From IMG/VR virus record IMGVR_UViG_3300014613_000001, positions 113,774 through 177,773 of that record: a stretch of 64,000 nucleotides of DNA. One strand, written 5' to 3'. The translations under genes and the position numbers were made by a program. Origin of the DNA: a virus. Each line of letters begins with the position of its first letter. Position 1 is the first letter of the stretch. The notes below the pieces were generated by a model that was given only the letters and a program-made list of their open reading frames with translations, searched no databases and was not told the origin of the DNA. Below, piece after piece: positions 63,522 to 64,000 of this stretch.

Positions 63522-64000
63522 AGAAAACACGTTGGATCAATTTTGCGCTGGCCCTACCCTACACGCTGCTGGTCTCGTACCCGCTTATTCTAATCCTGTG
63601 CATCTTCGCTGCCCGCGGGCTTCGTATGGAACGGGACGGAACTTTGACGGCCGAGTGGCGACACTGGGTTGTCTGCAAGCGCGACGGGAAGAAGCCGCTG
63701 TGGCGATGGTCGACCACCGTCGGCCACATTATCGTCTTCCAGCCCGGGCTGCGCCTGATCACCCAATCTCTTGAGGCAACCTCAGTCCGGGATCATGAGG
63801 GGGTTCACGTACTCCAGACTGAAGACCTCATGGCGATTGCCTTCCTGATCGGGGTCGTGGTCACCGTGGTTACCGGCAACTGGATTCTGGGGCTGTCTCT
63901 CTGGGCAAGCGGTGGCCTGTGGCAGTCCGTATGGTTCCTGACGTCCGGTTTGCGCTACGGATGGACGCTCGAGGGTGTCTACCGTCAGAGTGAGCACGAG
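63518..64000 (+). CDS. 3'-truncated membrane protein with HExxH metallopeptidase motif
   Basis: Open to the window end (absent from the ORF track); TM, STTVGHII, DHEGVHVLQTE, TM. Confidence 0.65.
   Translation, partial: MKKTRWINFALALPYTLLVSYPLILILCIFAARGLRMERDGTLTAEWRHWVVCKRDGKKPLWRWSTTVGHIIVFQPGLRLITQSLEATSVRDHEGVHVLQTEDLMAIAFLIGVVVTVVTGNWILGLSLWASGGLWQSVWFLTSGLRYGWTLEGVYRQSEHE

Noticed and set aside
392-64000. Genome-wide TGA or TAG recoding
   Set aside because: Many genes end in TGA or TAG with ATGA overlaps or strong downstream RBSs; only a few accessory genes are interrupted.
1-64000. tRNA, rRNA, integrase or transposase genes
   Set aside because: No cloverleaf/T-loop signatures or recombinase motifs were recognised by eye; tRNAscan-SE and HMM searches are needed to exclude them.

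Overview
This is a 64-kb segment of a large, GC-rich tailed dsDNA phage with a contractile tail; the host is not identifiable from the sequence. Positions 1-16.3 kb hold a + strand morphogenesis module: scaffold-like proteins, major capsid protein, neck proteins, a 1044-aa tail sheath, an inserted AT-rich HNH endonuclease, and the tail tube. Several low-complexity or glycine-zipper proteins there share K-x-A motifs and an FSDELQKIA N-terminus. Positions 16.3-64 kb are an accessory region of about 90 mostly small + strand ORFs. Recognisable products include MazG-like, SSB, C5 DNA methyltransferase, DinG-like helicase, deoxynucleoside kinase, ThyX and SLT transglycosylase. A GC-rich island (~30.3-35.9 kb) carries a cysteine-desulfurase-like gene, two radical-SAM-like genes and a type II hammerhead ribozyme. 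The most striking unexplained structure is a dispersed 31-nt hairpin repeat, consensus ATRCCWG-CTGRGA-GGYTTANTGA-TCYCAG-AC. I found 12 copies, all in the accessory region and mostly at gene junctions. Its stem shows compensatory and G.U changes. Three of the four - strand copies carry their own TTGACA promoter, and the fourth has a deleted one. No tRNAs, cas genes or tandem CRISPR array were seen. All protein assignments are motif-based by eye; no database search was run.
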